A stretch of DNA of 64,000 bases from an uncultured Syntrophomonadaceae bacterium (GCA_964627855.1 CAZVLE010000098.1:15160-79159); one strand, 5' to 3'. Shown: positions 1-9,665, counted from the stretch's first letter. Notes: generated by a model from the sequence alone, not told the origin. Translations and numbers: made by a program.

Positions 1-1
1 C

Positions 2-241
2 AGCTCCGGTATAGTGCACCGGATCGAAGGGGATAATCGCACCTGGCTTTTCGCCGTTTGCACCTGCCGTGAAGGAAACCACTGCCATCCCCATTTCTTC
101 TGCCGCTCCTGTGGAAAGAGCGAATGCCTGAAGGACCTGCAGATGCCAGGCACTTCCGGGCTGGAGGACAGTTACTTGGTTGAGGAAAAACGCTTTTACC
201 TGAAAGGTGTCTGTAAAAGCTGTGCCACCCACATTAGCTGA
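2..241 (+). CDS. Fur-family metal-responsive regulator, C-terminal part (5' end lies upstream of the window)
   Basis: The frame is open from base 2. HCHPHFFCRSCGK ... GVCKSC gives HxH plus two CxxC pairs, as in the Fur/Zur/PerR metal/dimerisation domain. Confidence 0.6.
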   Translation, partial: SSGIVHRIEGDNRTWLFAVCTCREGNHCHPHFFCRSCGKSECLKDLQMPGTSGLEDSYLVEEKRFYLKGVCKSCATHIS

Positions 242-270
242 TAGTTGTTGTCCTTTGGACCGGTAGTTAT

Positions 271-1467
271 TTAATGGCGCTGCTTGAGCTTCTTAACCGC
301 CCTATCCAACCCCTCGACTGACAGTTCATACATGGGGAAAACAGTGCGAATAGCATTAATAGTGTAATTACCGGTAGAGCGATCCCAGAAAGTAGCAGGA
401 ATCGGGTTTAACCAAACGGAATGGTTAAAGTGTGCAGCAATACGCTTCAGCCAGGTAATCCCCGCCTCTTCATTACTGTAACTGTAGTCGATGGCACCAC
501 CCGGCATAGTCAATTCACTGGGCGCCATGCTGGCATCACCAAGCAAAATTAGTTTGTATTCCGGCCCGAGCAGGCGCAGAAAATCTTCAGTGGGGATAGC
601 GCTCTTCATAAAGCAGGATGGTTCACTGTAGATGTGATGATAAATGCAGTTGTGAAAATAGAAAAAGCGCATGTCCTTAAAATGACTTGAACGGTTCATG
701 GCCGTAAAAAGCTGACTGCAGATACGGGTGTATGGTTCCATCGAGCCACCTGAATCCATCACCAGGGCAACCTTAACCGTATTCTTGCGACTTCTTCTCC
801 ACACCACTTCAAGCAGGCCACCCCGGTCACCAGTTTTACGAACTGTTTCATCAAGATCCAGTTCGTCACGGGGGCCCTCTACTTTGCTGCTTAACTGCCG
901 CAGCTTGCGCAGGGCAACCTCAAACTGCCGAATACCAATGGTCGCATCAGCCCTGTAACCACGGAAATTTCTCTGAGCCGCCACCTGTACAGCCGACTTG
1001 TTCAGAGATTCCCCACCGATACGCACTCCGGCCGGATGGTAGCCGGAATGCCCCAGGGGCGAAGTACCACCTGTGCCAATCCACCTGTCACCACCGTGGT
1101 GTTCTTCCTGCTGCTCGCGCAGTCGCTCTTCGAGTAGGCGACGCAGTCCATCAAGATCGAACTGCTCGTATAGCTGGCGTTCTTCCGGTGAAATCTTCTT
1201 TGGCGGCAAAGCATTTTGCAACCATTGCAATACCTTTTCAGTTATCTCAAGCGGGGTTTCAATGTCGCGAAAGTAACTGTAAAAGGCCAGATCATAACGA
1301 TCGTAGTGAGTTTCGCTTTTCACCAGGATTGACCGGGCCAGATAATAGAAATTGGTTAGACTCGAAAAGGCCATCCCCTTGCTCAAGGCTTCCATCAGCA
1401 CCATCCACTCGGTGATGCTCACAGGCACCCCACAGGCCCTGAGTTGATAGAAAAAGTTAACAAACAT
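271..1467 (-). CDS. VWA-domain protein, CoxE-like (MoxR partner)
   Basis: 398-aa ORF with the CoxE-type N-terminus MFVNFFYQLRACGVPVSITEW and a MIDAS-like VALVMDSGGSM. It lies 32 nt downstream of a MoxR-type ATPase gene. Confidence 0.75.
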   Translation of the reverse strand: MFVNFFYQLRACGVPVSITEWMVLMEALSKGMAFSSLTNFYYLARSILVKSETHYDRYDLAFYSYFRDIETPLEITEKVLQWLQNALPPKKISPEERQLYEQFDLDGLRRLLEERLREQQEEHHGGDRWIGTGGTSPLGHSGYHPAGVRIGGESLNKSAVQVAAQRNFRGYRADATIGIRQFEVALRKLRQLSSKVEGPRDELDLDETVRKTGDRGGLLEVVWRRSRKNTVKVALVMDSGGSMEPYTRICSQLFTAMNRSSHFKDMRFFYFHNCIYHHIYSEPSCFMKSAIPTEDFLRLLGPEYKLILLGDASMAPSELTMPGGAIDYSYSNEEAGITWLKRIAAHFNHSVWLNPIPATFWDRSTGNYTINAIRTVFPMYELSVEGLDRAVKKLKQRH

Positions 1468-1499
1468 TGACAGCGATCCTTTCTGACAACTCCAGCCTT

Positions 1500-2369
1500 T
1501 TACCAGCTGCGCGGAATACCGGCAACCGGCTTGACTTCTTTACCATCACTGTGCAGGCGCTGCAGAACCGTCTTGAAATCCTGATCTTTCTTTAACAGGA
1601 CACCAAGGAAAGGAAACTCTGCACTAATCTTTTCCGGGCTGATGCCTCCCACCGTCAAAGCTTGTATCCAGTCGAGCAGTTCGCTGGTGCTCGGTTTTTT
1701 TTGCAGGCTACTAATCGCACGAAGCCAGTAAAAAGCGGCAAGCGCTTCGTCGAGAAGCTGCTTATCTAATTGAGGGTAGTGAACTTTGACAATCTCAGCC
1801 ATCATCCCGGTATCCGGAAAGGCAATATAATGGAAAATGCAGCGACGTAGAAAGGCATCTGGCAGTTCTTTCTCGGCATTACTGGTAATAACCACGATTG
1901 GCCGGTTAAGAGCTTCTATTATTTCCCTTGTTTCCGGAATGTAAAAGCTCATTATATCAAGTTCCCAGAGCAGGTCATTGGGAAACTCAATATCAGCTTT
2001 GTCGATCTCGTCAATAAGCAGAACAACCTGATCTGAAGCAAGAAAGGCTTCGCCCAACCGGCCCATCTTGATATAATGGCGGATATCTGAAATATCATGA
2101 TCGCCAAACTGACTGTCGTAAAGACGCTGAACAGTGTCGTAAATATAAAGGCCTTCTTTGGCAGTTGTGGTAGACTTAATGTTCCAGATTAGCAGTTCCT
2201 TGCCCAGGGCATCGGCTATACTTTGGGCAAGCATGGTTTTACCGGTGCCCGGCTCACCCTTGATTAAGAGGGGCCGGCTGAGAGCTACGGCTACGTTTAC
2301 GCTGTTCTGTAACTCTGGCGAGGCAATATAGTCATGTGTACCGGAGAATAGTGTTTCTCGCTCTTGCAA
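1500..2369 (-). CDS. MoxR/CbbQ-type AAA+ ATPase
   Basis: Walker A GEPGTGKT and Walker B VLLIDEIDKA; size (289 aa) and layout are typical of MoxR-like ATPases. Confidence 0.85.
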   Translation of the reverse strand: MQERETLFSGTHDYIASPELQNSVNVAVALSRPLLIKGEPGTGKTMLAQSIADALGKELLIWNIKSTTTAKEGLYIYDTVQRLYDSQFGDHDISDIRHYIKMGRLGEAFLASDQVVLLIDEIDKADIEFPNDLLWELDIMSFYIPETREIIEALNRPIVVITSNAEKELPDAFLRRCIFHYIAFPDTGMMAEIVKVHYPQLDKQLLDEALAAFYWLRAISSLQKKPSTSELLDWIQALTVGGISPEKISAEFPFLGVLLKKDQDFKTVLQRLHSDGKEVKPVAGIPRSW

Positions 2370-2549
2370 TGTAACAAACCTCCCGGGGCATAAAAATAAA
2401 ATTTAACCTTCCGTTAATAATTTCTACCTGCCGGGTTCCTAATCCTGCAGAATATAACTTCCTATAATCTGGCCCCAGTATAGTCCTGGCCTGCTCTTTG
2501 CTTTCTATGAATCGACTACTCCCTTTAATCTCAATAGTATTTTTGGATT

Positions 2550-2819
2550 TCAGGAGGTGAGTTCCCTGATATGCTGAGAATTTCTCAGGGAAAGATTCGA
2601 AAAATCTGGATCTATCCGGTAACCGAATTCAAGGCCTCCATTACGATCAACAATTGTATCAACTAAGATATATGAGCGCCCCTGTTTTTTATAGATTTCA
2701 GTTGTGCATAAAACACCCAGAGCTTCAAAATTACTAAAAATATAACCAACTGCAGGAGTAAGCAGGCGGTTATTTTGCTTCCCTTTACTTTCAAATGTCA
2801 TGATGATTTGCTGTGACAT
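2550..2819 (-). CDS. hypothetical small protein (89 aa)
   Basis: The ORF sits 11 nt downstream of the ABC-2 permease on the same strand. No recognisable motif. Confidence 0.4.
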   Translation of the reverse strand: MSQQIIMTFESKGKQNNRLLTPAVGYIFSNFEALGVLCTTEIYKKQGRSYILVDTIVDRNGGLEFGYRIDPDFSNLSLRNSQHIRELTS

Positions 2820-2830
2820 AGAAAAAAATA

Positions 2831-3880
2831 TCAGGCCAGCATTTGCTTTTTCAGTAAAAGCAGCAACGGTATTAGGGCCAGGGTGATTGCCAGGGCAATC
2901 AGCATTTCAAACCAGACCAAGCTTAATGATTCACCCATGACCGATACTTCCCAGATGGGGCTAATGATCCAGTAGAGAGGAAAGAGCTTGGCAATCCACT
3001 GTGGCCAATCCGGAAAGAGGTAGAAGATAACGGGAACAAACAAAAATATACCAAGACTCTTGATCAAGGTAAAAAGCATGGTTGCTGTTTTGGCATAAAT
3101 ACCAATCAAAAGGCCAATCATCGATGTGAGGGCAGCCGCGAGGACAACCACGACAATTACTTCAAAGGGGCGCGGTCCAAAAGCCTGGTTTAATAAAAGT
3201 GTCAGAGAGGCCAGAAATATGGCAAAAATAAACCCAAGGAACCATTTTGCAGCAAGAACCTCGTTTACTCTGGCTGATGTAACCAGCATGGCTGTCAGGG
3301 TGCCGTTTTCTTTCTCTTCAACAAGACTGGCACTGGGCACCCAGATGCCGGCCATGACCAGGGCATAAAAAACTATTATTGGAACCAGGCGGATCGATAT
3401 GGGCAAACCGGGTTCGCCAAAATATACTGTTTCTATTTCAACAGGAGCTTCAGTTCCTTCCAGTCCCCGAATCATTTCAATTGCGGTAACAGCAATAATG
3501 ATCCGGTTGGAGGCAAGACTCTCCCCGCTAATGTAAAACTCGAGCACCGGTTTTTCTCCCGCTTTAACAGCATCATCAAAACCGGCTGAGAGGACCAACC
3601 CGGCATCAAAGTCATGTTTTTCCACTTTTTCGATTAAATTACCCGGATCGGAGAGGACAGCCACCTCGAAACCCTCCAGCTTCTGCACTGCTGTTGTGAT
3701 GGTCGAATTGCCAAGATCAACAACCGCCAGGCGTGGTTTTGGCTCGAAGAGTGAACCGAAAGCAAATTGGAAAAGCAATGTAAGGGCAAAAGGCATCACC
3801 AGGGCCCAGATGAAAAAAGGCTTACGCGGGCCGACGAAAAAATCTTTCAGTACTATCCTGAGGATTCTTTTGATACTCAC
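2831..3880 (-). CDS. ABC-2 family transporter permease
   Basis: N-terminal TM helix, a large extracytoplasmic loop, then about 5 C-terminal TM helices. 4-nt overlap with the upstream permease gene. Confidence 0.75.
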   Translation of the reverse strand: MSIKRILRIVLKDFFVGPRKPFFIWALVMPFALTLLFQFAFGSLFEPKPRLAVVDLGNSTITTAVQKLEGFEVAVLSDPGNLIEKVEKHDFDAGLVLSAGFDDAVKAGEKPVLEFYISGESLASNRIIIAVTAIEMIRGLEGTEAPVEIETVYFGEPGLPISIRLVPIIVFYALVMAGIWVPSASLVEEKENGTLTAMLVTSARVNEVLAAKWFLGFIFAIFLASLTLLLNQAFGPRPFEVIVVVVLAAALTSMIGLLIGIYAKTATMLFTLIKSLGIFLFVPVIFYLFPDWPQWIAKLFPLYWIISPIWEVSVMGESLSLVWFEMLIALAITLALIPLLLLLKKQMLA

Positions 3881-5121
3881 AGCGTAGCCACCTTTCTCTT
3901 CAAAACGAACAGACCGGCGCCGTATAGAATTAAGACCCAGAGAAGAGCATAGAAAAGATAGTTTATTGTGTCAGCCCAGAGGAGTTCATGAATTGTAACA
4001 TCGTAAAGTAATCTTACAATGGGGTAACTGGGCAAAAAGCTGACCCAGGTAGCCACAGTTCCGGGGAAAAGGACGGCAAAGGAAGGGATCATCAGCGGTA
4101 TGATAAAAAGCATGCTATACATTAACTGGCCAATGAAATCCTTGCCGGCAGATCCGACAAACATTGCCACTGCCGTAAAAAGTAGTGAGCCAAGGAGGAC
4201 GATAACCAGCAATAACAGCCAGTTGGCAGCATTAAAAGCTCCGACAAAGAGCAGGATAATTACAGCCTGCACCATGGCCAGGGCTGTTCCGAACAGTGTC
4301 TTGGCCATCAAAAAATGCCATACCCGCATTGGGGTAACCAGCAGCGCTGTAACTGTGCGCTGCAGCACTTCATTTGAGATAAGTGAAGCCAGGGCAAATG
4401 TTTCCATCATCATGATAAAAAAAGCAATTAAAGGCCGCATCCTGGCCCGCATCGATATTTGATCACCCATCCTATCGGTTCCGAGAATAACAGTATCCTC
4501 AGCAGGCGCTTCAACGGGTAGATCATAACCGGCAAGTTCATATGCCATTTCGCGAATGAAACCCTGCATCGCTCCCCTCAGTTCTTCAGGAATGGCAGCA
4601 TCGGCAAAAACTGTGACCGTTGGTTTTTGTCCCATTACCGTGTCGCCGAGAAAGGATGGTGGAAACAAAATTCCAATATCGAGGTTAATTTTCTTGGCAT
4701 CAGCCGGTTTTTTCTCTTCGCTTTCGGGATCATGAACTATAAACCTGCCCTGGTCGGTTCTGTAAACTTCCAGTTCCCCGCTGACGACTCTCCTGAGCAT
4801 TGCCTCATTCTCAAGTTCGACCAGAACAAGTCCTTCTTCTTTAAAAGCAGCTTCGACCTCTGCAAGCTCCCCAATGACATCCTCAGGTGCTCCCTGAGCG
4901 AGAAGTGAAGCCTTTCCTTCGCTGAAAATATCTTCAAGAGAAGGTGAAATGGCAAAGGTAAGCTCTTCATCAACAGTATCGGGAACCAGCCAAAAAATGA
5001 CCACAAAAAACACCAGGCTCAATACGGTCAGAAAGAGGTAAATCATGTTGCGGCTGTAAACCTTGACATCTTTTTTCAGAATGGCCAGCAGCACTTCACC
5101 GTTTGACACGGTCTTTTTCAT
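3877..5121 (-). CDS. ABC-2 family transporter permease
   Basis: Same TM1 / large loop / multi-TM architecture. 4-nt overlap with the upstream ATPase gene. Confidence 0.75.
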   Translation of the reverse strand: MKKTVSNGEVLLAILKKDVKVYSRNMIYLFLTVLSLVFFVVIFWLVPDTVDEELTFAISPSLEDIFSEGKASLLAQGAPEDVIGELAEVEAAFKEEGLVLVELENEAMLRRVVSGELEVYRTDQGRFIVHDPESEEKKPADAKKINLDIGILFPPSFLGDTVMGQKPTVTVFADAAIPEELRGAMQGFIREMAYELAGYDLPVEAPAEDTVILGTDRMGDQISMRARMRPLIAFFIMMMETFALASLISNEVLQRTVTALLVTPMRVWHFLMAKTLFGTALAMVQAVIILLFVGAFNAANWLLLLVIVLLGSLLFTAVAMFVGSAGKDFIGQLMYSMLFIIPLMIPSFAVLFPGTVATWVSFLPSYPIVRLLYDVTIHELLWADTINYLFYALLWVLILYGAGLFVLKRKVATL

Positions 5122-6368
5122 CCTGCCAGCCCCCTGCCGGTCAAACGGATAAAAATTGCCTCCAGGGTTGCTTCTTCGGTATGAATTGTCAGCAGGTCGG
5201 GTGAAGCAGCAAGCTTGCTCAATAATGTAGATGATTTTTCTCCGTCCAGGGGTAAATTCTCTTCCCGGATATCATTTCCATCACGCAACCTGACTCGCAC
5301 CGATCGCTTGCCATACTTTAGTTTCAGGTTTTCTGCTGTATCAAGGGCAACTATTTCACCCTCGTTAATGAAGGCAACCCGATCTGAAAGTTCATCTGCT
5401 TCAAACATGTTGTGAGTGGTAAGCAGCACTGCTACTCCCCGCTCCGCTTCTTCCTTGATCGTTTTCCTGATTTCTGCAGCAGTGACAGGATCTAAACCGT
5501 CTGTCGGCTCATCGAGGAATAAAACCTTAGGTTTGTTGATAAAGGCACGGGCTATCATCAAGCGTTGCCGCATTCCCTTGGAATATTCGGATACACGATC
5601 CCTGGCCCGGTCGGCAAGACCGACTCTCTTTAATGCTTCCATGGATTTGGGATTAGCAATGCCAAATAAAGAAGCGAAGAAGTCGAGGTTCTCAAGAGCG
5701 CTCATTTCGAGGTAAAGGTTCTTTTCTTCAAAGGTAACCCCTATTTGTGACTGTATGATCGGATCATCGCGGCCAACGTCCCGACCCAGGATTTGCGCTT
5801 GCCCTCCCTTGAGGGCAAGCTGACCGGTTAAAACTTTGATCGTGGTTGATTTACCGGCTCCGTTAGGCCCGAGAAAGCCAAGTATTTCGCCGGGATAGAC
5901 TTCAAAGCTAATCTCTTTAACAGCCTGAAGATTGCCATACCAATGACTGAGGTTCCTCACACTGATCGCCGGTTCTGAAATTTGCCTGCCTGCTAAAGGG
6001 GCCATTTTTGCCAAGGGTGGTTCAGGCGATTTATCCCTCTGCATTTCTTCAAGCGTTTTGACAAGTTTACCCTTATCCCACAAGCCCTTTTCAGTCTTAC
6101 CGTCCGGGCGGACATAAATACCATAACCGTGACGCCTGCCCCGGTCGAACTCTCCACTGTAAGAGGCGCCTCCGGCAGTAACTAGCTTTCCCTTCCCGTG
6201 AGGTTTTCCTGCCGACCATTCTCCCTCATAGATGGTGCCATCGGACAGCCTTAACCTGCCACGTCCATGGGGAGAGCCATTCGCCAACTCTCCGCTAAAC
6301 TGCCCACCCATCCAGTTAATCGTACTAACCTGCAAATTTTTATCTTTACCGGCCATTTTATCAATCAC
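5118..6368 (-). CDS. ABC transporter ATP-binding protein with N-terminal MORN repeats
   Basis: Residues ~20-100 hold tandem YxGxWxxGKxHGxG-type repeats (GTIYEGEWSAGKPHGKGKL, ASYSGEFDRGRRHGYGIY). Then Walker A GPNGAGKST, signature YSKGMRQRL and Walker B LFLDEPT. Confidence 0.85.
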   Translation of the reverse strand: MIDKMAGKDKNLQVSTINWMGGQFSGELANGSPHGRGRLRLSDGTIYEGEWSAGKPHGKGKLVTAGGASYSGEFDRGRRHGYGIYVRPDGKTEKGLWDKGKLVKTLEEMQRDKSPEPPLAKMAPLAGRQISEPAISVRNLSHWYGNLQAVKEISFEVYPGEILGFLGPNGAGKSTTIKVLTGQLALKGGQAQILGRDVGRDDPIIQSQIGVTFEEKNLYLEMSALENLDFFASLFGIANPKSMEALKRVGLADRARDRVSEYSKGMRQRLMIARAFINKPKVLFLDEPTDGLDPVTAAEIRKTIKEEAERGVAVLLTTHNMFEADELSDRVAFINEGEIVALDTAENLKLKYGKRSVRVRLRDGNDIREENLPLDGEKSSTLLSKLAASPDLLTIHTEEATLEAIFIRLTGRGLAG

Positions 6369-6414
6369 CTCAGCGTGGGTTTTCTATCCCGGGCCTTAGT
6401 AATGGCATATCGCT

Positions 6415-6951
6415 TTAATAAAGAAGTGGGTAGTTTAACTTCCAGGCCCCATGCTCAAGAACAAAAGTAAAAGGAACAGTTTCTGTATAGACATCATAGC
6501 TGGCCTCCAGTTCAAAAGTCTTTCGACCATTTTCATCCTCGATAGATAGAACTTCTGCATCACTCCAATTTATCAGCGAGCCACCGGCGGCATCCGGATG
6601 TGCCAGGCGCCCTTCGTGCTCAATAATAGCAGTGTTTTCAATAAATAAATCGATCGCCTCATTAGTGTATATATCACTTAGATAAGCGCGCAGCTTCTCC
6701 CAACTCTCTAGACTTTCACCCATATAAAAATAGGGGTAGCCTTCATACTCAAAGGTTTCATAAACCATGTCACTTCCACCGCTGATCACATAAAAGTAGG
6801 CATCCTGAGCAGCAGCGACTTTTTCCACTGCTGCTGCGGCGGTCAGTTCAGGGATATCAGTATCCTCGGTCGGCACCTCATCACTTGCAGCGCAACCGGA
6901 CAAGAGCAGACAGAAGAAAATCAGGCAGAAAATAAGTTTTTTAATCATCAT
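6415..6951 (-). CDS. secreted lipoprotein, possibly IseA-like (DL-endopeptidase inhibitor family)
   Basis: Signal peptide with lipobox LLSGC. The size (178 aa) and the segment LSDIYTNEAIDLF...HPDAAGGSLINW...GAWKL resemble IseA/YoeB-type proteins. The family call is tentative. Confidence 0.55.
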   Translation of the reverse strand: MMIKKLIFCLIFFCLLLSGCAASDEVPTEDTDIPELTAAAAVEKVAAAQDAYFYVISGGSDMVYETFEYEGYPYFYMGESLESWEKLRAYLSDIYTNEAIDLFIENTAIIEHEGRLAHPDAAGGSLINWSDAEVLSIEDENGRKTFELEASYDVYTETVPFTFVLEHGAWKLNYPLLY

Positions 6952-7023
6952 TGTAGTTTCTTTCTTTTCTATATTATTTGGCCAAAATTTATTTTATCAC
7001 AACGGAAAAAACAAATTGCCATT

Positions 7024-8391
7024 TTAGAAGAATTCTAGAAACCTGCCGCTGTTCTGGCCGGTCAATTGCCCGTCCTTAACGACTTCAACTCCTCCGACTA
7101 TAACACTTTCAATACCCAAAGGAGGCCTGGCAGGCTTTTCAATGGTAGAACGATCAATGATCAGATCGGGGTCCAGGATCGTTATATCTGCCATGTGGCC
7201 TTCTTTCAGGCTGCCTCTACCGGTAAGGGCCAGTCGTTTTGCAGACGTGGCAGTGATCTTGTCGATAGCTTCAGGCCAGTCCAGCAAACCTTCTTCACGA
7301 ACATAGTGGCCAAGGAAGCGGGGGAAAGTACCGGTGCCGCGGGGATGGCCCTGACCCTCAAAGATCATCCCATCACTGGCAATCATGACCAGGGGATGCC
7401 GGGCAGCCAGTTTTATTTCTTCCTCGTTCATCACCGAGGCCATGATCATAACCTGCGGTTCATTTTCCCTGACAGTGGCCAGAATGTCAGGGGTTGCGTA
7501 CTGTCCCTTAAAGCTACCGTCAACTATGTAGAGATCACTATAGGCAGCATTCCACCTTTCAAGACAGCCAGGTTCAAAACAGGTTGTGCCGGCAGCGGTC
7601 ATAAAAGAATTGTAAGGGTAGATATCGGCCATGATATCAACTCCGGAATCACTAGCATCTTCAAGCATTTTTAAGGCCTGAGCCATCTGACCGAAGGCAG
7701 CGCCGCTGCCAATGTGGGAAACCTGGTACTTGACTCCGGTCTCCCTGGCTACAATAAGCATCTCATCTATCGCCTCAGTAAAACGTTCTGCATCAAAGCG
7801 ATAGTGAGTACAAACAATACGGTCTTTGTATTCTGCAACTTTGCTGCACAACATCAGCTGCTCTTCGAGAGAGGTTCCCGGTACATATTCAAGGCTAAAA
7901 GAAAGGCCTGGTGCACCGGCTGCGAGAGCTTCTTCAAGCAGTCCAGCCATGGCATCAATTTCTTGACCTGTGGAGGGGCTGAAAAGATCTGAGCTTCCGG
8001 CCAGCATACGCAGCGAAAGGTGCCCGATCAGAGCACTGTAATTTACCGGTGCCGGATCTTGCAGGTAAGCCGCTTTGCTTCTTGAGAAGTCAGCATGACC
8101 GAGACCGCAGTGCCCGTCAAGAACCGACGTTACACCCATTAAAGCCATGGCTTCAAGGGTTTCCAGGAAACCGGTCTGGTCAAAAGGATATGTGTGCATA
8201 TGGATGTCAATGAAACCAGGGCAGACATATTTTCCGTTTGCATTGATGGTTTTTTTAGCGTTGATCAGGCCGGGAAGGGTGGCGCAAATGCGATCCCCTC
8301 TTATACCAATATTAAGTGGAGATATGCCATCGACAGGATCAATTACCGTTCCGCCAATAATGGCCAGATCATACACTGAACCTTTTTCCAC
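7024..8391 (-). CDS. amidohydrolase family, N-acyl-D-amino-acid deacylase (D-aminoacylase)-like
   Basis: DLAIIGGTVIDP...PGFIDIHMH metal-binding start and ~455 aa length are typical of D-aminoacylases. Confidence 0.8.
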   Translation of the reverse strand: MEKGSVYDLAIIGGTVIDPVDGISPLNIGIRGDRICATLPGLINAKKTINANGKYVCPGFIDIHMHTYPFDQTGFLETLEAMALMGVTSVLDGHCGLGHADFSRSKAAYLQDPAPVNYSALIGHLSLRMLAGSSDLFSPSTGQEIDAMAGLLEEALAAGAPGLSFSLEYVPGTSLEEQLMLCSKVAEYKDRIVCTHYRFDAERFTEAIDEMLIVARETGVKYQVSHIGSGAAFGQMAQALKMLEDASDSGVDIMADIYPYNSFMTAAGTTCFEPGCLERWNAAYSDLYIVDGSFKGQYATPDILATVRENEPQVMIMASVMNEEEIKLAARHPLVMIASDGMIFEGQGHPRGTGTFPRFLGHYVREEGLLDWPEAIDKITATSAKRLALTGRGSLKEGHMADITILDPDLIIDRSTIEKPARPPLGIESVIVGGVEVVKDGQLTGQNSGRFLEFF

Positions 8392-8400
8392 CTCCGGCAG

Positions 8401-9045
8401 TTAAAATCTGTCAATTAAAAGCAGAGCCCTCTGCATGATCAGGGTAACATCCCGTACGTCGATCCAACCATCCCCATTTACATCAGCCGCCCTCTTCTGC
8501 TCAGGGGTGAAGTGGACAAGGTTCAGCAGGTATTGCATCACCAGGCTTACGTCCTGCACTGTGATCCGGTTGTCACCGTTAACATCACCGGGCATCAGCC
8601 TGAATGGCACTTCACCTTCGTAGACAAAGTTAGCCACGAGCAGGCGCTTGGTTGTTGTAGAGAAAGCGTACGCGGGGTTTTCAGAAACGACAGTCCCTCT
8701 TTCTGTCCAGTATAAAAACCTGTATTCCCTGTGAGCGGTGGCAGTTACGGTCACATGAGCCAGATCATTATACAAGATGCGGGCTGTAACGACTCCTCCA
8801 TAGCTGGGATTGGCAGAAATTGAGACGAAAGGGTTCTGATCATGGCTTTCAACTGTGATCACCGAATAATTGCCATCTGACCATTCCGGAGCTGGGCTCT
8901 GGGCATTGATAATAGCCGGCCGGCATAAAATGAGGACAAGGGTAGAAAAAAGCAGAATTATCAAGGATAGCAAATACCGGTATGGCCGCCATTTTCCAGT
9001 TAATGATCCAAGTAAAACATTAAACACGGAAATCAGCCTCCCCAC
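8401..9045 (-). CDS. secreted/membrane-anchored protein with an InlB-B-repeat-like domain and a C-terminal dockerin-type module
   Basis: N-terminal hydrophobic anchor. The GGVVTARI...VTVTATAHREYRFLYW beta-repeat is followed by two Ca-binding dockerin repeats, DVNGDNRITVQDVSLVMQYLL and DVNGDGWIDVRDVTLIMQRAL. Confidence 0.65.
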   Translation of the reverse strand: MGRLISVFNVLLGSLTGKWRPYRYLLSLIILLFSTLVLILCRPAIINAQSPAPEWSDGNYSVITVESHDQNPFVSISANPSYGGVVTARILYNDLAHVTVTATAHREYRFLYWTERGTVVSENPAYAFSTTTKRLLVANFVYEGEVPFRLMPGDVNGDNRITVQDVSLVMQYLLNLVHFTPEQKRAADVNGDGWIDVRDVTLIMQRALLLIDRF

Positions 9046-9122
9046 CCTGTGCTATTATTACATTATCATCCAATAGAGTAAATGGCAAGGAATTAATTAT
9101 TATTACTAAGGTTGCCCTTTTA

Positions 9123-9665
9123 TTATTCAGACCAGTATTCAGGACGGTCAAGTGTTTTAGCGCAAACAACTTTTCCTTTAACGGAGCCAATTAGACCCGG
9201 GCTAAGTTCCTGAACCATCCAGGCTTCAGCTACTGAGGGAGCGATTGGGTAGGGTGCTTCAAAACCCAGCTTTCCAGCTGGTCTGAAACCATAACGTGGG
9301 TAATACTCAGGATGGCCGAGAACAAAAACCAGTTCAACACCATGACCTGATAATATCTTCAGACCTGCTTTTATAAGCTCGCCACCAATTCCCTGCCGCT
9401 GAGAGGGGGGAACAACAGCCAGGGGAGCAAGTATAGCAGCAGAAACATTATTGGTCGGAGTTACCTGCGCCCTGGTAAAAAGAACATGCCCTAAAACTGC
9501 CTCCTCATCAACGGCAATAAGAGATAAAAGCGGTTTGGCAGAAGGATCAGCCAGCAGGTTTGTCACAAGATCAATAATTTCAGGCCCTTCATCATCACCA
9601 AAGGCCAGTCTCTGCACAGATAACAAAGCATTTATGTCTGAGTTACTTGATTTACGGATTATCAA
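9123..9665 (-). CDS. GNAT family N-acetyltransferase
   Basis: 180 aa with the acetyl-CoA motif A, QRQGIGGELIKAG. Confidence 0.8.
   Translation of the reverse strand: MIIRKSSNSDINALLSVQRLAFGDDEGPEIIDLVTNLLADPSAKPLLSLIAVDEEAVLGHVLFTRAQVTPTNNVSAAILAPLAVVPPSQRQGIGGELIKAGLKILSGHGVELVFVLGHPEYYPRYGFRPAGKLGFEAPYPIAPSVAEAWMVQELSPGLIGSVKGKVVCAKTLDRPEYWSE

Noticed and set aside
7066-7674. Long antisense ORFs in the supplied track that lie inside well-supported genes. Examples: 7066-7674 (+) in the D-aminoacylase, 22882-23421 (+) in the ACAD-like gene, 60542-61120 (+) across cbiG/cbiF, 49808-50254 (-) in the kinase acidic linker, 17720-18151 (-), 47566-47931 (-) and 14671-15033 (+).
   Set aside because: Each is fully embedded opposite a gene with clear family motifs. 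Their translations are low-complexity Ser/Arg/Pro/Ala-rich with no motifs. Their length is explained by the locally GC-rich or codon-biased opposite strand.
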